Positions 18,594-27,121 of a stretch of 64,000 bases of DNA are shown here, piece after piece. Every line of letters starts with the position of its first letter. The stretch's first letter is position 1. The DNA is taken from IMG/VR virus record IMGVR_UViG_3300027831_000001, positions 3,952-67,951 of that record. One strand, given 5' to 3'. Both the position numbers and the translations under genes were made by a program. Origin of the DNA: a virus. The notes under the pieces are model-generated. The model made no database searches, was not told the DNA's origin, and worked only from the letters and a program-made list of their open reading frames with translations.

Positions 18594-19424
18594 ATGAGTG
18601 CATTCGATGTCCAGCACCGCGACGCCTTCGATTCGCTCGTGGCCGCACGGGATGCCGGCGGGGCCGATCTGGTGCTCACGAGCCCGCCCTACCCGGACGC
18701 GCGGGAGAATCACGAGGGCTATGCGACGTTCGACACCACGCTTGAGGGCTACCACCGGCTGGGCCGCGCCGTGTTCGATGCGCTCAAGCCCGGGGGCGTG
18801 TGCGCGCTCAACGTCGATGGGCCCGTCAAGGTGTGGCGGCCCGAGCTTGGCGAGAGCGAACGGAGCTTGATCGCGTTCGAGGTGGCGCTTGATTGGGCCA
18901 AGGTGATCGGGTTCCGGTACCTAGAGCACTGCGCGTACGTGCGCGATGGTGCACCGGGTCGTTTCTGGGTGCGGTGGCGCAGCGGTTGGGAGCCAGTACA
19001 CGTGTTCGCTCGGCCCGGCGCAAACCCGCACTTTGACCACACGGCCTATCAGACCCCGGCTGTATCGGCGGGCGCACGACAGAAGACGACGACGCGCCAC
19101 CCGGACGGGCGAACGATCAAGAACCCCGCGCACGTACAAGCGGACACGCGACAGGTGACGACGGCTCTGTGGTGCAAGCCAGGGACCACGGAGCAAGAGC
19201 ACCACGCGCCATTCTCCCGCGTTCTCGCCGATGCCTACGTGCTTTGCTACTCCCCGCCCGACGGCCTCGTGTGCGACCCATTCGTTGGCTCCGGCACCGT
19301 AGCCCTGGCCTGCCATCGCCACGGCCGGCGCTTCGTGGGCGGCGACCTCGGCCACCGCGAGCGCGACGGCCGGCGCTGGGTCGACATCGTGAACGAGCAA
19401 CTCGGCCAGGGCCGGCTGTTCTAG
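18594..19424 (+). CDS. DNA methyltransferase (beta class, N4-C/N6-A)
   Basis: TSPPY ... H.APFS ... DPFVGSGT. Confidence 0.9.
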   Translation: MSAFDVQHRDAFDSLVAARDAGGADLVLTSPPYPDARENHEGYATFDTTLEGYHRLGRAVFDALKPGGVCALNVDGPVKVWRPELGESERSLIAFEVALDWAKVIGFRYLEHCAYVRDGAPGRFWVRWRSGWEPVHVFARPGANPHFDHTAYQTPAVSAGARQKTTTRHPDGRTIKNPAHVQADTRQVTTALWCKPGTTEQEHHAPFSRVLADAYVLCYSPPDGLVCDPFVGSGTVALACHRHGRRFVGGDLGHRERDGRRWVDIVNEQLGQGRLF

Positions 19425-19433
19425 CCTCCCGCC

Positions 19434-20129
19434 ATGGCCTTCGTCCCCCCGGTCACGTTCGGCACGATCCCCTGGGCCCAGCGCGAGGGCACGGACCAGA
19501 CGGACCGCGACGCGCCCCTGCTGCCGATCGGGCCGGGGGAGCTGGACGCCGAGACGACGGCCCGCCGCCGCCGGTGGTACCAGCTGAGCAACGCCCCGGG
19601 GTGGGACACCCTGCTGACCCTGATCGGCCAGGGCATGGCCCACATGGAGGCCGCCGTGGGCTCGGTCGATCAAGGCCGATGGCTCGTCAACGCCGAGGGG
19701 ACCGTGTTGGACGAGATCGGCGCGCTCGTGGGGCGCCCGCGGCAGGGCTTGAGCGATGCGCTCTACCGGCTGGCCATCCGGGCCGAGGCCGCGTCACTGC
19801 TCTCGAGCGGCACGATCCCCGAGCTCGTGGAGCTGACGCGATCGCTCCTTGGTGACGACGTGCGGGTGCGCGAGATCTGGCCGGCCACGATCGTGATCTC
19901 GGCGCCCGACGTCGCGACCGACGTGTTCCTTGTTTTGTTGGACGTCCTGGCCGACGTGCCGGCCGCGGGCGTCGGCGCCCTGCTGTCCACCTGGACCGCC
20001 GCCGACGTGGGCGGCTACGCGAGCACGACGGGCGCGACGACGCGCGAGCCTGGCCGCTACGGGAGCACCACGGGGGTCAGCGACTCTCGATCGTGGTACG
20101 CCACCGGGCAGCCGATCGGCGGCGAATAG
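19434..20129 (+). CDS. Baseplate protein (DUF2612/gpI-like)
   Basis: AEG.VLD.IG.LVG.PR.GLSD..YR and PAAGV motifs. Confidence 0.75.
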   Translation: MAFVPPVTFGTIPWAQREGTDQTDRDAPLLPIGPGELDAETTARRRRWYQLSNAPGWDTLLTLIGQGMAHMEAAVGSVDQGRWLVNAEGTVLDEIGALVGRPRQGLSDALYRLAIRAEAASLLSSGTIPELVELTRSLLGDDVRVREIWPATIVISAPDVATDVFLVLLDVLADVPAAGVGALLSTWTAADVGGYASTTGATTREPGRYGSTTGVSDSRSWYATGQPIGGE

Positions 20130-20138
20130 CCTCCCGGT

Positions 20139-21203
20139 GTGCCGACGTCCAGCGCCCCTCAGTACGACCTACCGGCCTACGCGACCGACGGCGTCTATGT
20201 CGTGCCCGGCACGCCAACATGGGACGGCGCGGCTCGCCGGGTCGCGACCGGGATCGAAGCATGGGCGGCCGCCGGAGCCACGCCTGTAGGCGAGCGGCTG
20301 GCCCAGTCGGAGAATGAGTGGCTGGCCCGCGCCCAGGAGTGGAGCCAGTTCTCGCGCGACGAGCAGGGGACGGCCGTCTATGGCGACGGCTCAGCCGGCG
20401 TCGTCACACTTGGCGCAGGTACGACCACGCTTGCCGCCGATACGTACTACGACGACTTGACGGTGCCGAACGGGTCGACGTTGGCCACCGCCGGATTCCG
20501 GGTGTTCGTGGCCGGCCTGCTCTCCGTGGCGGTCGGCGGGGTGATCCATGCCGATGGCGGAGCGGCGAGCGGGGCCACGGGCGGCGCAGGAGCGCCCGTC
20601 GGGAGCCTCGGCGGCGGTACGGCTGGCGCCAACGGTGCGACCGACACGGCGCCGGGCCGTGCGGGCACGGTCGGCACCAGCATCACGTTTGCCCTCGGCG
20701 CACAGGGTGGCGCAGGCGGGATCGATGAGCAGGGCAACGCCGGCGGCGCGGGCGGGACGTTCACGGCCCCGGCGGCGAGCGTTGGCGGCAGTCGGCACGC
20801 CGCGGCCGCGCTGGGCTATCCGACGGGCAGCATCACGGCTTGGCGCGGTGGCTCCGGCGGCGGCTCTGGTGCCGTGTACGACGGCGGCACGGCGGGCGGG
20901 GGCGGGGGCGGTGCGGGCGTCCTGGTCTTGTGGGCCCGCAGGATCGACAATCAGGGGACCATCCGGGCCAACGGTGGAGCCGGAGGAAACGCGGTCGTGC
21001 TCGGCTCTGACGGTGTGGGCGGAGGAGGCGGCGGCGGTGGTGGCCGCGTGTTCGTGGTCCATCGCGAGGCTGTAGGCGGCACCCTTGGCACGATCCAGGT
21101 CAACGGCGGGGCCGGTGGGCTTGGTGGAACGAACCAGGCCACGCCTCCAGGTCTGGATGGCGTGGCCGGCGGCACCGGATCGATCGTGCTGCTGGTGGCC
21201 TAG
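20139..21203 (+). CDS. Glycine-rich tail fibre-like protein
   Basis: N-terminal ENEWL...QEW anchor; GDGS and GGGGG repeats; follows the baseplate genes. Confidence 0.7.
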   Translation: MPTSSAPQYDLPAYATDGVYVVPGTPTWDGAARRVATGIEAWAAAGATPVGERLAQSENEWLARAQEWSQFSRDEQGTAVYGDGSAGVVTLGAGTTTLAADTYYDDLTVPNGSTLATAGFRVFVAGLLSVAVGGVIHADGGAASGATGGAGAPVGSLGGGTAGANGATDTAPGRAGTVGTSITFALGAQGGAGGIDEQGNAGGAGGTFTAPAASVGGSRHAAAALGYPTGSITAWRGGSGGGSGAVYDGGTAGGGGGGAGVLVLWARRIDNQGTIRANGGAGGNAVVLGSDGVGGGGGGGGGRVFVVHREAVGGTLGTIQVNGGAGGLGGTNQATPPGLDGVAGGTGSIVLLVA

Positions 21204-21688
21204 GAGCCGGCGAACGCAGCCGCGTCGTCCAGCATGCCGATCACCTGGTCGGCATCGGGTCCGCCTTGGCCGTCCGGCAGAAATCCGATCCGGCAGAAAT
21301 ACGGATTGACCTGCGCGGCCGCGTTGCCCGGGCCGTTGCTGGTGTATAGGTGCCGCACCCAGCCGCCGAGGAACTCGGATCCGACGCGGGCATAGTCGCC
21401 GCTGGTCAAGTCCATCTCCAGCAACACGGCCCCGGTCTCGCCATCGGCGAGCGCATCGGCGAGCGCGATCGTCTCGGCCGGGGTGGCGAAGGCCTCGCAC
21501 AAGGGATCGATCAGTCGCGGATTCACCCGCACCAGATCAGCGGTATTGTCGGCCACGACATACAGTGTGCCGATGCCCCAATTGTATGAGAAGCGCTGAA
21601 GCGACCTGAACTCCATATCGGGAGGCTCTGAGTCGCAGCCGACCACTACGGAAAGCGAAAGGAGGGCAAGGACGGCGAGGCGTTGCAT
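21200..21688 (-). CDS. Putative lipoprotein (moron-like)
   Basis: MQRLAVLALLSLSVVVG-C lipobox-like signal; visibly lower GC; own TTGACG-17 nt promoter. Confidence 0.65.
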   Translation of the reverse strand: MQRLAVLALLSLSVVVGCDSEPPDMEFRSLQRFSYNWGIGTLYVVADNTADLVRVNPRLIDPLCEAFATPAETIALADALADGETGAVLLEMDLTSGDYARVGSEFLGGWVRHLYTSNGPGNAAAQVNPYFCRIGFLPDGQGGPDADQVIGMLDDAAAFAGS

Positions 21689-21788
21689 GGGCGGCACCAT
21701 TGACGATCGCCCGCCCGCCGTCAACAAGTATTGCATTGACCGGCCGGCTGGTCAGAAAAGTTCCGGCTGGCTCACCGGTATATCGTGA

Positions 21789-23156
21789 TCAGAACAGGCT
21801 CCCCTGGACGGCCAGGCCGGCCACCGGCGGCGGCACGTCCTCCAGGGCCACGCCCAGGCCTTGCGCCCACCGGATGCGGGCTCGGGCCACCGCATGGGCC
21901 CAGGGCGTCATGTCGGAGCCGATGAACCGGAACCCCTCGCGCACGGCCGCAACCCCGGTGGTGCCCGAGCCCATGAAGGGGTCCAGGATCAAGCCGCCCG
22001 GCGGGGTCACCATGCGGGCGAGCCAGCGCATCAAGGCGAGCGGCTTGACCGTCGGGTGGGGGTTGCCGATGGGCTGGCCGTCCTTGTCGACCAGCAGCAC
22101 CATGCCGGGCTCCCAGGGCACGAAGCCACCGCCGGGGCCCTTGGCCCACCGCAGGTGCTCGCAGCCCTGCTCACGCTCCCGGGTCGCGGCCTTGGGGGTG
22201 TAGAAGAACTCGGACACGGCCCCGGTTCCACCACGGTGGATGTCCTCCTGCTGTTGCGATCGTGGCGCGCAGCCAATGCGGCCGGGCGAGCCACCGTCCG
22301 GGCCCAGGTTGCGCTTGACCGCGGTACCGATCGTCCGCTTCCCCACCAAGGCATCAAGCCTCGCCGCCGCGGCCTCGCTCAGGGTGAGGTTCGGGGGCCA
22401 GCGGCCGGTCGACACGTTTGGCCAGCCGGGCGGTGGGCTGCCGTGGTTCGTGGCGCCCGACTGTGCGCGCTCGTTCCCGGTGCCGTGCCCCTGGCACTTC
22501 GCGGGCCACCACGAGCACCGCGTGCCACCGCCGGCACCCTCCAGCCGGCACGCTCCTACGTTCAGCCCACCCACGCCCCACCGCTGGACGTTGGCCGCGA
22601 TGGTGCGCTCCGAGCAGGGCTTCTGGGCCAGCACGGCCGGCTCATGCCCGGGGGCCAGTTGGGTGTTCCACCCTTCCCATTGGGCGGCCTCGGGAGTCGC
22701 CGGGGCGGTGATGACCGGCGCGTCCTGCCAGGCTCCACCGAGCGCGAGCGTGCCCGCCTTGCCGTTGCTGGCCGGGCGAGGATGCTTGCCCACCACGGGC
22801 CGCACCGCTCCCGCGTCCTTGTCGATGCGCTTTGAGATGTCATCCCCGTGGGGCATGCCCTGGCCTTGCAGCCACGGCACCATGTCCCGGATCTCGAACC
22901 CGGCAAGCTCCACCGCGCAGGCGAGCCAGTGGTACGTGCGAGCGGCCCCGTAGGCGATGACGTGACCGCCGGGTTTGAGGACCCGCAGGACCTCGCGCCA
23001 CACCTCGCGGTCGAACGCGATCCCGGTGACGTCCCACCCGTGGCCCATGAAGCCGATCTCGTAGGGCGGGTCACATATGACGGCGTCCACCGAGCAGTCC
23101 GGGAGCCACCGCAGGAGCTCGCGGCAGTCTCCGAGGTACAGCGCGGCGGACCTCAT
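21789..23156 (-). CDS. DNA adenine methyltransferase (beta class)
   Basis: CDPPY, RVLKPGG, HPTVKP and LDPFMGSGTT. Confidence 0.9.
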   Translation of the reverse strand: MRSAALYLGDCRELLRWLPDCSVDAVICDPPYEIGFMGHGWDVTGIAFDREVWREVLRVLKPGGHVIAYGAARTYHWLACAVELAGFEIRDMVPWLQGQGMPHGDDISKRIDKDAGAVRPVVGKHPRPASNGKAGTLALGGAWQDAPVITAPATPEAAQWEGWNTQLAPGHEPAVLAQKPCSERTIAANVQRWGVGGLNVGACRLEGAGGGTRCSWWPAKCQGHGTGNERAQSGATNHGSPPPGWPNVSTGRWPPNLTLSEAAAARLDALVGKRTIGTAVKRNLGPDGGSPGRIGCAPRSQQQEDIHRGGTGAVSEFFYTPKAATREREQGCEHLRWAKGPGGGFVPWEPGMVLLVDKDGQPIGNPHPTVKPLALMRWLARMVTPPGGLILDPFMGSGTTGVAAVREGFRFIGSDMTPWAHAVARARIRWAQGLGVALEDVPPPVAGLAVQGSLF

Positions 23157-23199
23157 GGCAGCACGACCCCAACGGCGGAGGTCGGCGGGCCGAGCTGGG

Positions 23200-23394
23200 T
23201 CACAGGCCGAGCACCTTTCGCACGCGGTCGCGCTCGGCCGCCGTCCCGACATCGCACCCGTAGCGAAAAGCCCGCTCGATCAGATCGGCGATCTCGGCGC
23301 GAAGGTTGTGCCTCTGGTCGGGCTCCAGCGAACGGCGGCGCTCCCATGCGGCGAGTACGTCCGGCGCGTCGGCCCCTCGGATCTTGGACGTCAT
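23200..23394 (-). CDS. Hypothetical protein (MTSKIRG...)
   Basis: Part of an ATGA-coupled chain. Confidence 0.55.
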   Translation of the reverse strand: MTSKIRGADAPDVLAAWERRRSLEPDQRHNLRAEIADLIERAFRYGCDVGTAAERDRVRKVLGL

Positions 23395-23627
23395 GGCCAC
23401 ACCTGCCGCCCGCCGAGCAGCACCCACCGGCCATCAATGACCGAGCCGGGCCGCACCGCCGGATCCTGGGTCGTGGCCTCGCCGGGCTCCTGGCGATCGA
23501 AGGCCTCGATGACATCGGGCCCGACGCGGCGCTGGGCAAGCTCGGAGCCACCGCGGCGCCGAGGGACCGAGCGGAGCCGCAGGGTCTGGCCGTCGGAGAC
23601 GATCCAGCCGTGGAGCGGGCGCGTCAT
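23391..23627 (-). CDS. Hypothetical protein
   Basis: Part of an ATGA-coupled chain. Confidence 0.55.
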   Translation of the reverse strand: MTRPLHGWIVSDGQTLRLRSVPRRRGGSELAQRRVGPDVIEAFDRQEPGEATTQDPAVRPGSVIDGRWVLLGGRQVWP

Positions 23628-23818
23628 GCCTGGGGCCTCCGGCGCTCGCGGTCCAGCATGGCAGCCGCGCGCTCACATCCCAGGGCCGCCAGGTCCTCCA
23701 GGACGTCCAGGAGCGTGCACGTCGGGGCCAGGCCCGGCGTGGCGAGCCATCGATCGTGGAGCCGGTCGCGGAGGTCATCGATCCGGACCAGGACGTGGCC
23801 CGTGGTAGCGCGGCTCAT
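23624..23818 (-). CDS. Hypothetical protein (MSRATTG...)
   Basis: Part of an ATGA-coupled chain. Confidence 0.55.
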   Translation of the reverse strand: MSRATTGHVLVRIDDLRDRLHDRWLATPGLAPTCTLLDVLEDLAALGCERAAAMLDRERRRPQA

Positions 23819-24003
23819 CGGGCACCCCCAAGCAGGGCGGCGCCCCGGTAGAGCGCCGCGGCCGAGCGAGCGTGCTGCTCGCGGCGAGCTCGGTCGCGCT
23901 CCGCCAACGCATCGGCTTCTCGCTGGAGTCGGGCGAGCCGCTCGCGCTCCAGGCCGTAGGGCTCGGTCGTCGGGCGGGGACGGGATACGGGTGCATCGGT
24001 CAT
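23815..24003 (-). CDS. Hypothetical protein (MTDAPVS...)
   Basis: Part of an ATGA-coupled chain. Confidence 0.55.
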   Translation of the reverse strand: MTDAPVSRPRPTTEPYGLERERLARLQREADALAERDRARREQHARSAAALYRGAALLGGAR

Positions 24004-24269
24004 GCGGCACCGCCGATCTGGGCGCGCAGCCACGGGCCGGGCCGGACCATGACGGCCACTTCCCATGGCCACCGGTCAGCCGTCTCCGTGGCCCAGGCCT
24101 CGGAGACGGCATGGGCCGCGGCGTCCAAGGCGTCATGGCTGCGCTCGGCTTCATCCCACGGCGGAGCGTCCGGCAGGGCCTGGAGCCACGCATGGAAGGC
24201 CGCGTCCTCTTCGTCATAGGCCGCGAGGGCAGCCTGGGTCAGCGGGTAGGACGGTGCGGGGCTACCCAT
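24000..24269 (-). CDS. Hypothetical protein
   Basis: Overlap-coupled chain. Confidence 0.55.
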   Translation of the reverse strand: MGSPAPSYPLTQAALAAYDEEDAAFHAWLQALPDAPPWDEAERSHDALDAAAHAVSEAWATETADRWPWEVAVMVRPGPWLRAQIGGAA

Positions 24270-24351
24270 GGCGGCCCCCGGTGGTCTCGCGGACGAATCC
24301 CAGGACGGCCACGACGGCCAGCCAGACGATCACCATGAAGGCGGAGCTCAT
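24262..24351 (-). CDS. 29-aa single-pass membrane peptide
   Basis: MSSAFMVIVWLAVVAVLGFVRE; ATGA overlap. Confidence 0.5.
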   Translation of the reverse strand: MSSAFMVIVWLAVVAVLGFVRETTGGRHG

Positions 24352-24539
24352 CCGACCACCGCCCGCCCGATGAGGTAGAGCACCACGGCAAGGACCACCA
24401 CAAGGCCCGCCTGGATGGCCAGGCCGAGCCCGACGCCCAAGAGGTCGCCCACACTCGCGCCGCTGGCCGGCGGGGGACCCATGACCTCGATCTCGCGCTC
24501 CCGGTCTAGTACCCACTGCGGTTTTGCGGTTTTGCTCAT
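24348..24539 (-). CDS. Small membrane protein
   Basis: Hydrophobic C-terminal half; class B promoter GTGCTACCTA. Confidence 0.6.
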   Translation of the reverse strand: MSKTAKPQWVLDREREIEVMGPPPASGASVGDLLGVGLGLAIQAGLVVVLAVVLYLIGRAVVG

Positions 24540-24568
24540 GCCTGCATAGGTAGCACTATCATCCCTGC

Positions 24569-25177
24569 ATGGCTAGTACGAAGCCCCGCAAGCGTCGCGG
24601 AGACCCGACGAAGCCCCGAGAGGGCGGTGCTCTCGGTCAACCGACGGCATGGACACCGGGTCAGCGCCCCGCATGGCTCGACGTCGCGCTTGCGTCCGTG
24701 CTGCCGAACCCGCGCCGCAAGGGACCGGGTGCATGGTGCCAAGGAATTCGCGATCTGCTGGTCGGGCAGGTCGCCGGGACGGGCTCGGTCGATCGCGCGT
24801 GCGACATGGCGGGCGTCCACCCCGTGACGGTGAAGGAATGGCTACAGCGCGGCCACGTGGAGCAACAGGCCTGGGAAAAGGCCAACGCGGCAGGTGAGGA
24901 CCCGGGACCGGTCACGGAGCACATGCGTTTCGTGCGCGAGATCCGGATCGCTCACGGCTGGTGGGCGGGGCGACACGTGGCCCGACTGGAAGCGGCGGCC
25001 GAGGCCGGCGACCTGGCCGTGACTCAATGGCTTCTGACCCACATGGGCCCGAAGATCGCGGCCGAGCGGGTCGAGCACTCGATGGTGGATCATCGTCAAA
25101 GGCTTGACGAGTGCGCGGACGACGTCGACGCCATGCTGGACGCCATGGTGGAGCGGCGAGCCAAGGCCAGGGCATGA
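24569..25177 (+). CDS. terS: Terminase small subunit
   Basis: HTH ACDMAGVHPVTVKEWL.RG; ATGA-coupled to TerL. Confidence 0.7.
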   Translation: MASTKPRKRRGDPTKPREGGALGQPTAWTPGQRPAWLDVALASVLPNPRRKGPGAWCQGIRDLLVGQVAGTGSVDRACDMAGVHPVTVKEWLQRGHVEQQAWEKANAAGEDPGPVTEHMRFVREIRIAHGWWAGRHVARLEAAAEAGDLAVTQWLLTHMGPKIAAERVEHSMVDHRQRLDECADDVDAMLDAMVERRAKARA

Positions 25178-26751
25178 CGGCGAGCAGGGCCGAGCGGTGG
25201 GCCGACCTACCGGCTGACCTGCGGGCCGAGTTCATGGCCCGGCTGTACCCGACCAGGGAGGCCCGGGCGCGCCTGCGGTGGGACTGGTCATGGTGGGGCC
25301 GGCCCGAGCAGATCTGGCGGCCGGGGCCCGAGACCTACACGCTCATGACGGCCGGGCGCGGGTTCGGCAAGACAAGCGCCGGGGCCCATGCCGTGCACTA
25401 CGTGGCCCAGCACCCGGAGCTATGCGGGGGCCGGGTTGCCCGTGGGCCAGACGACCGAGCGGCCGGGCGCGGCGGCATGATCGGGATCGCGGGCCGCACG
25501 GCGAACGACGTCAACGAGACGATGGTGGACGGCGACACGGGCATCATGGCCTCGTGCCCGCCCGAGCTCCGGCCCGTGTGGAACAAGCAACGGATGACGC
25601 TTACCTGGGCCAACGGGGTCAAGGCGCGGCTCATGACCGGCGACGTGCCGGCCTCGTTCAGAGGCCCAAACTTCGGGTTCATCTGGGCCGACGAGCTGCC
25701 CCACTGGTCCAAGGCCGAAAAGAGCTGGAGCGCGGCCGAGGATGCCTTGCGCAAGTCCTCGGCCGGCCACCACCCCCGGGGCCTGATCACCAGCACGCCG
25801 CTGGGCACGTCGCTGATCCTCCGGCTGGCCTTTCAACTCGCCGACGGCCAACCCATCAAGGCGCCGCTGGGCACGCCCGAGCACGAGACCGTCATGGCGG
25901 CCGACCACTGCCGCTACCTGCGAAACCCTGACTCGAGGGTGATCGGCGGCTCGACCTACGAGAACGCCAGCAATCTGTCGGACCGCTTCATGACCCGCAC
26001 GGTGGCCAAGTACGCGGGCACCCGGGACGGCGATCAGGAGATCGAGGGCCTGATCCGGCTCGGGACCCCCGGGGCCCTGTGGGTGCAGGACTGGATCCAG
26101 CGGTGCGAGGACGAGCAGATCCCGGCCGACGCCGATCGCCGCGCCGTGGTGGTGGACCCGTCGGTCTCGGACGGCCAGCGCGTCAAAGGCTCGGACGACG
26201 TGTGCGAGTGCGGGATCATCGGCACGGCCTACTCGGTCAAGCGGCGCCGGCTCTGGCTCACCCGGGATGCCTCGCTGGTGGCGCGCCCGCGCGACTGGGC
26301 CGATCGCGTCGTGGCCCTCGCGCTCGAGATCGACGCACACGAGATCGTGGCCGAGGACAACAATGGCGGCGGCATGGTGCGCGAGAACGTGGAAGCCGCA
26401 TGGCTCCGCGCTCGCGCTCAGGGCCGGCGCAAGCCCAAGATCGTCTTGGTCACGGCCCACCGCAACAAGGCCGAGCGGGCAGCCTTCGCGGCCCCGGCCT
26501 GGGAGGCCGGCAAGGTCACGCACGTTGGGCCAGCGCGGCGCTGGGTCGCGCTCGAGAGGCAGCTGACCACCTACGACCCCAACCGCCCGCACGACCGGCA
26601 GCAAGCCGATCGCATGGACGCTGCGGTCTGGGCCGCCCTGCACCACCTGGGCGACGGCACGGACCGGGCCCGCGTCTCCCCGCTCACGACGGCCGAGGCC
26701 TGGACCAGGATCGCGGCCGGCATGGGGCGCGCGGCCCAGGGGCGGGGCTAG
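25174..26751 (+). CDS. terL: Terminase large subunit
   Basis: RPEQ, AGRGFGKT Walker A, WADE Walker B, TSTP, VDP, E.NNGG and DRMDA. Confidence 0.95.
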   Translation: MTASRAERWADLPADLRAEFMARLYPTREARARLRWDWSWWGRPEQIWRPGPETYTLMTAGRGFGKTSAGAHAVHYVAQHPELCGGRVARGPDDRAAGRGGMIGIAGRTANDVNETMVDGDTGIMASCPPELRPVWNKQRMTLTWANGVKARLMTGDVPASFRGPNFGFIWADELPHWSKAEKSWSAAEDALRKSSAGHHPRGLITSTPLGTSLILRLAFQLADGQPIKAPLGTPEHETVMAADHCRYLRNPDSRVIGGSTYENASNLSDRFMTRTVAKYAGTRDGDQEIEGLIRLGTPGALWVQDWIQRCEDEQIPADADRRAVVVDPSVSDGQRVKGSDDVCECGIIGTAYSVKRRRLWLTRDASLVARPRDWADRVVALALEIDAHEIVAEDNNGGGMVRENVEAAWLRARAQGRRKPKIVLVTAHRNKAERAAFAAPAWEAGKVTHVGPARRWVALERQLTTYDPNRPHDRQQADRMDAAVWAALHHLGDGTDRARVSPLTTAEAWTRIAAGMGRAAQGRG

Positions 26752-27065
26752 GGCTCGCCCCTGGCTACCGCGATCACGGACTGGAGCCACGGCGGCAGAT
26801 CGTGATCTCCGTGCGCCTCCACGCGCACCAGCACGGCCCGCCCTATGCCTCGCTCCGCTTGCTCGCGCCGGTCCTTCCGGGCCTGCTCGTCGTACTCAGC
26901 TTCCCACTTCGCGCGCCGTGCTGTCCTGGCCGCAGCCACCTTCGCCGGGCTGTGCTGCGTGCAATAGAACTTCCCGCCCTCTTGGACCGTTGCCCGCCGC
27001 GAGCATTGAACGTAGTGGTAATCCCGCATGCGCTTCACGCAGCACCGATCGACCGACGCACTCAT
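26748..27065 (-). CDS. Hypothetical protein with a C..C..CTQH Zn motif
   Basis: Class B promoter; shares a CTAG stop with TerL. Confidence 0.65.
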   Translation of the reverse strand: MSASVDRCCVKRMRDYHYVQCSRRATVQEGGKFYCTQHSPAKVAAARTARRAKWEAEYDEQARKDRREQAERGIGRAVLVRVEAHGDHDLPPWLQSVIAVARGEP

Positions 27066-27121
27066 GCAACACACCTAGCACACTGGACCATCACGCGCAA
27101 CCCGCCCCGTAGGCTCCCGCC

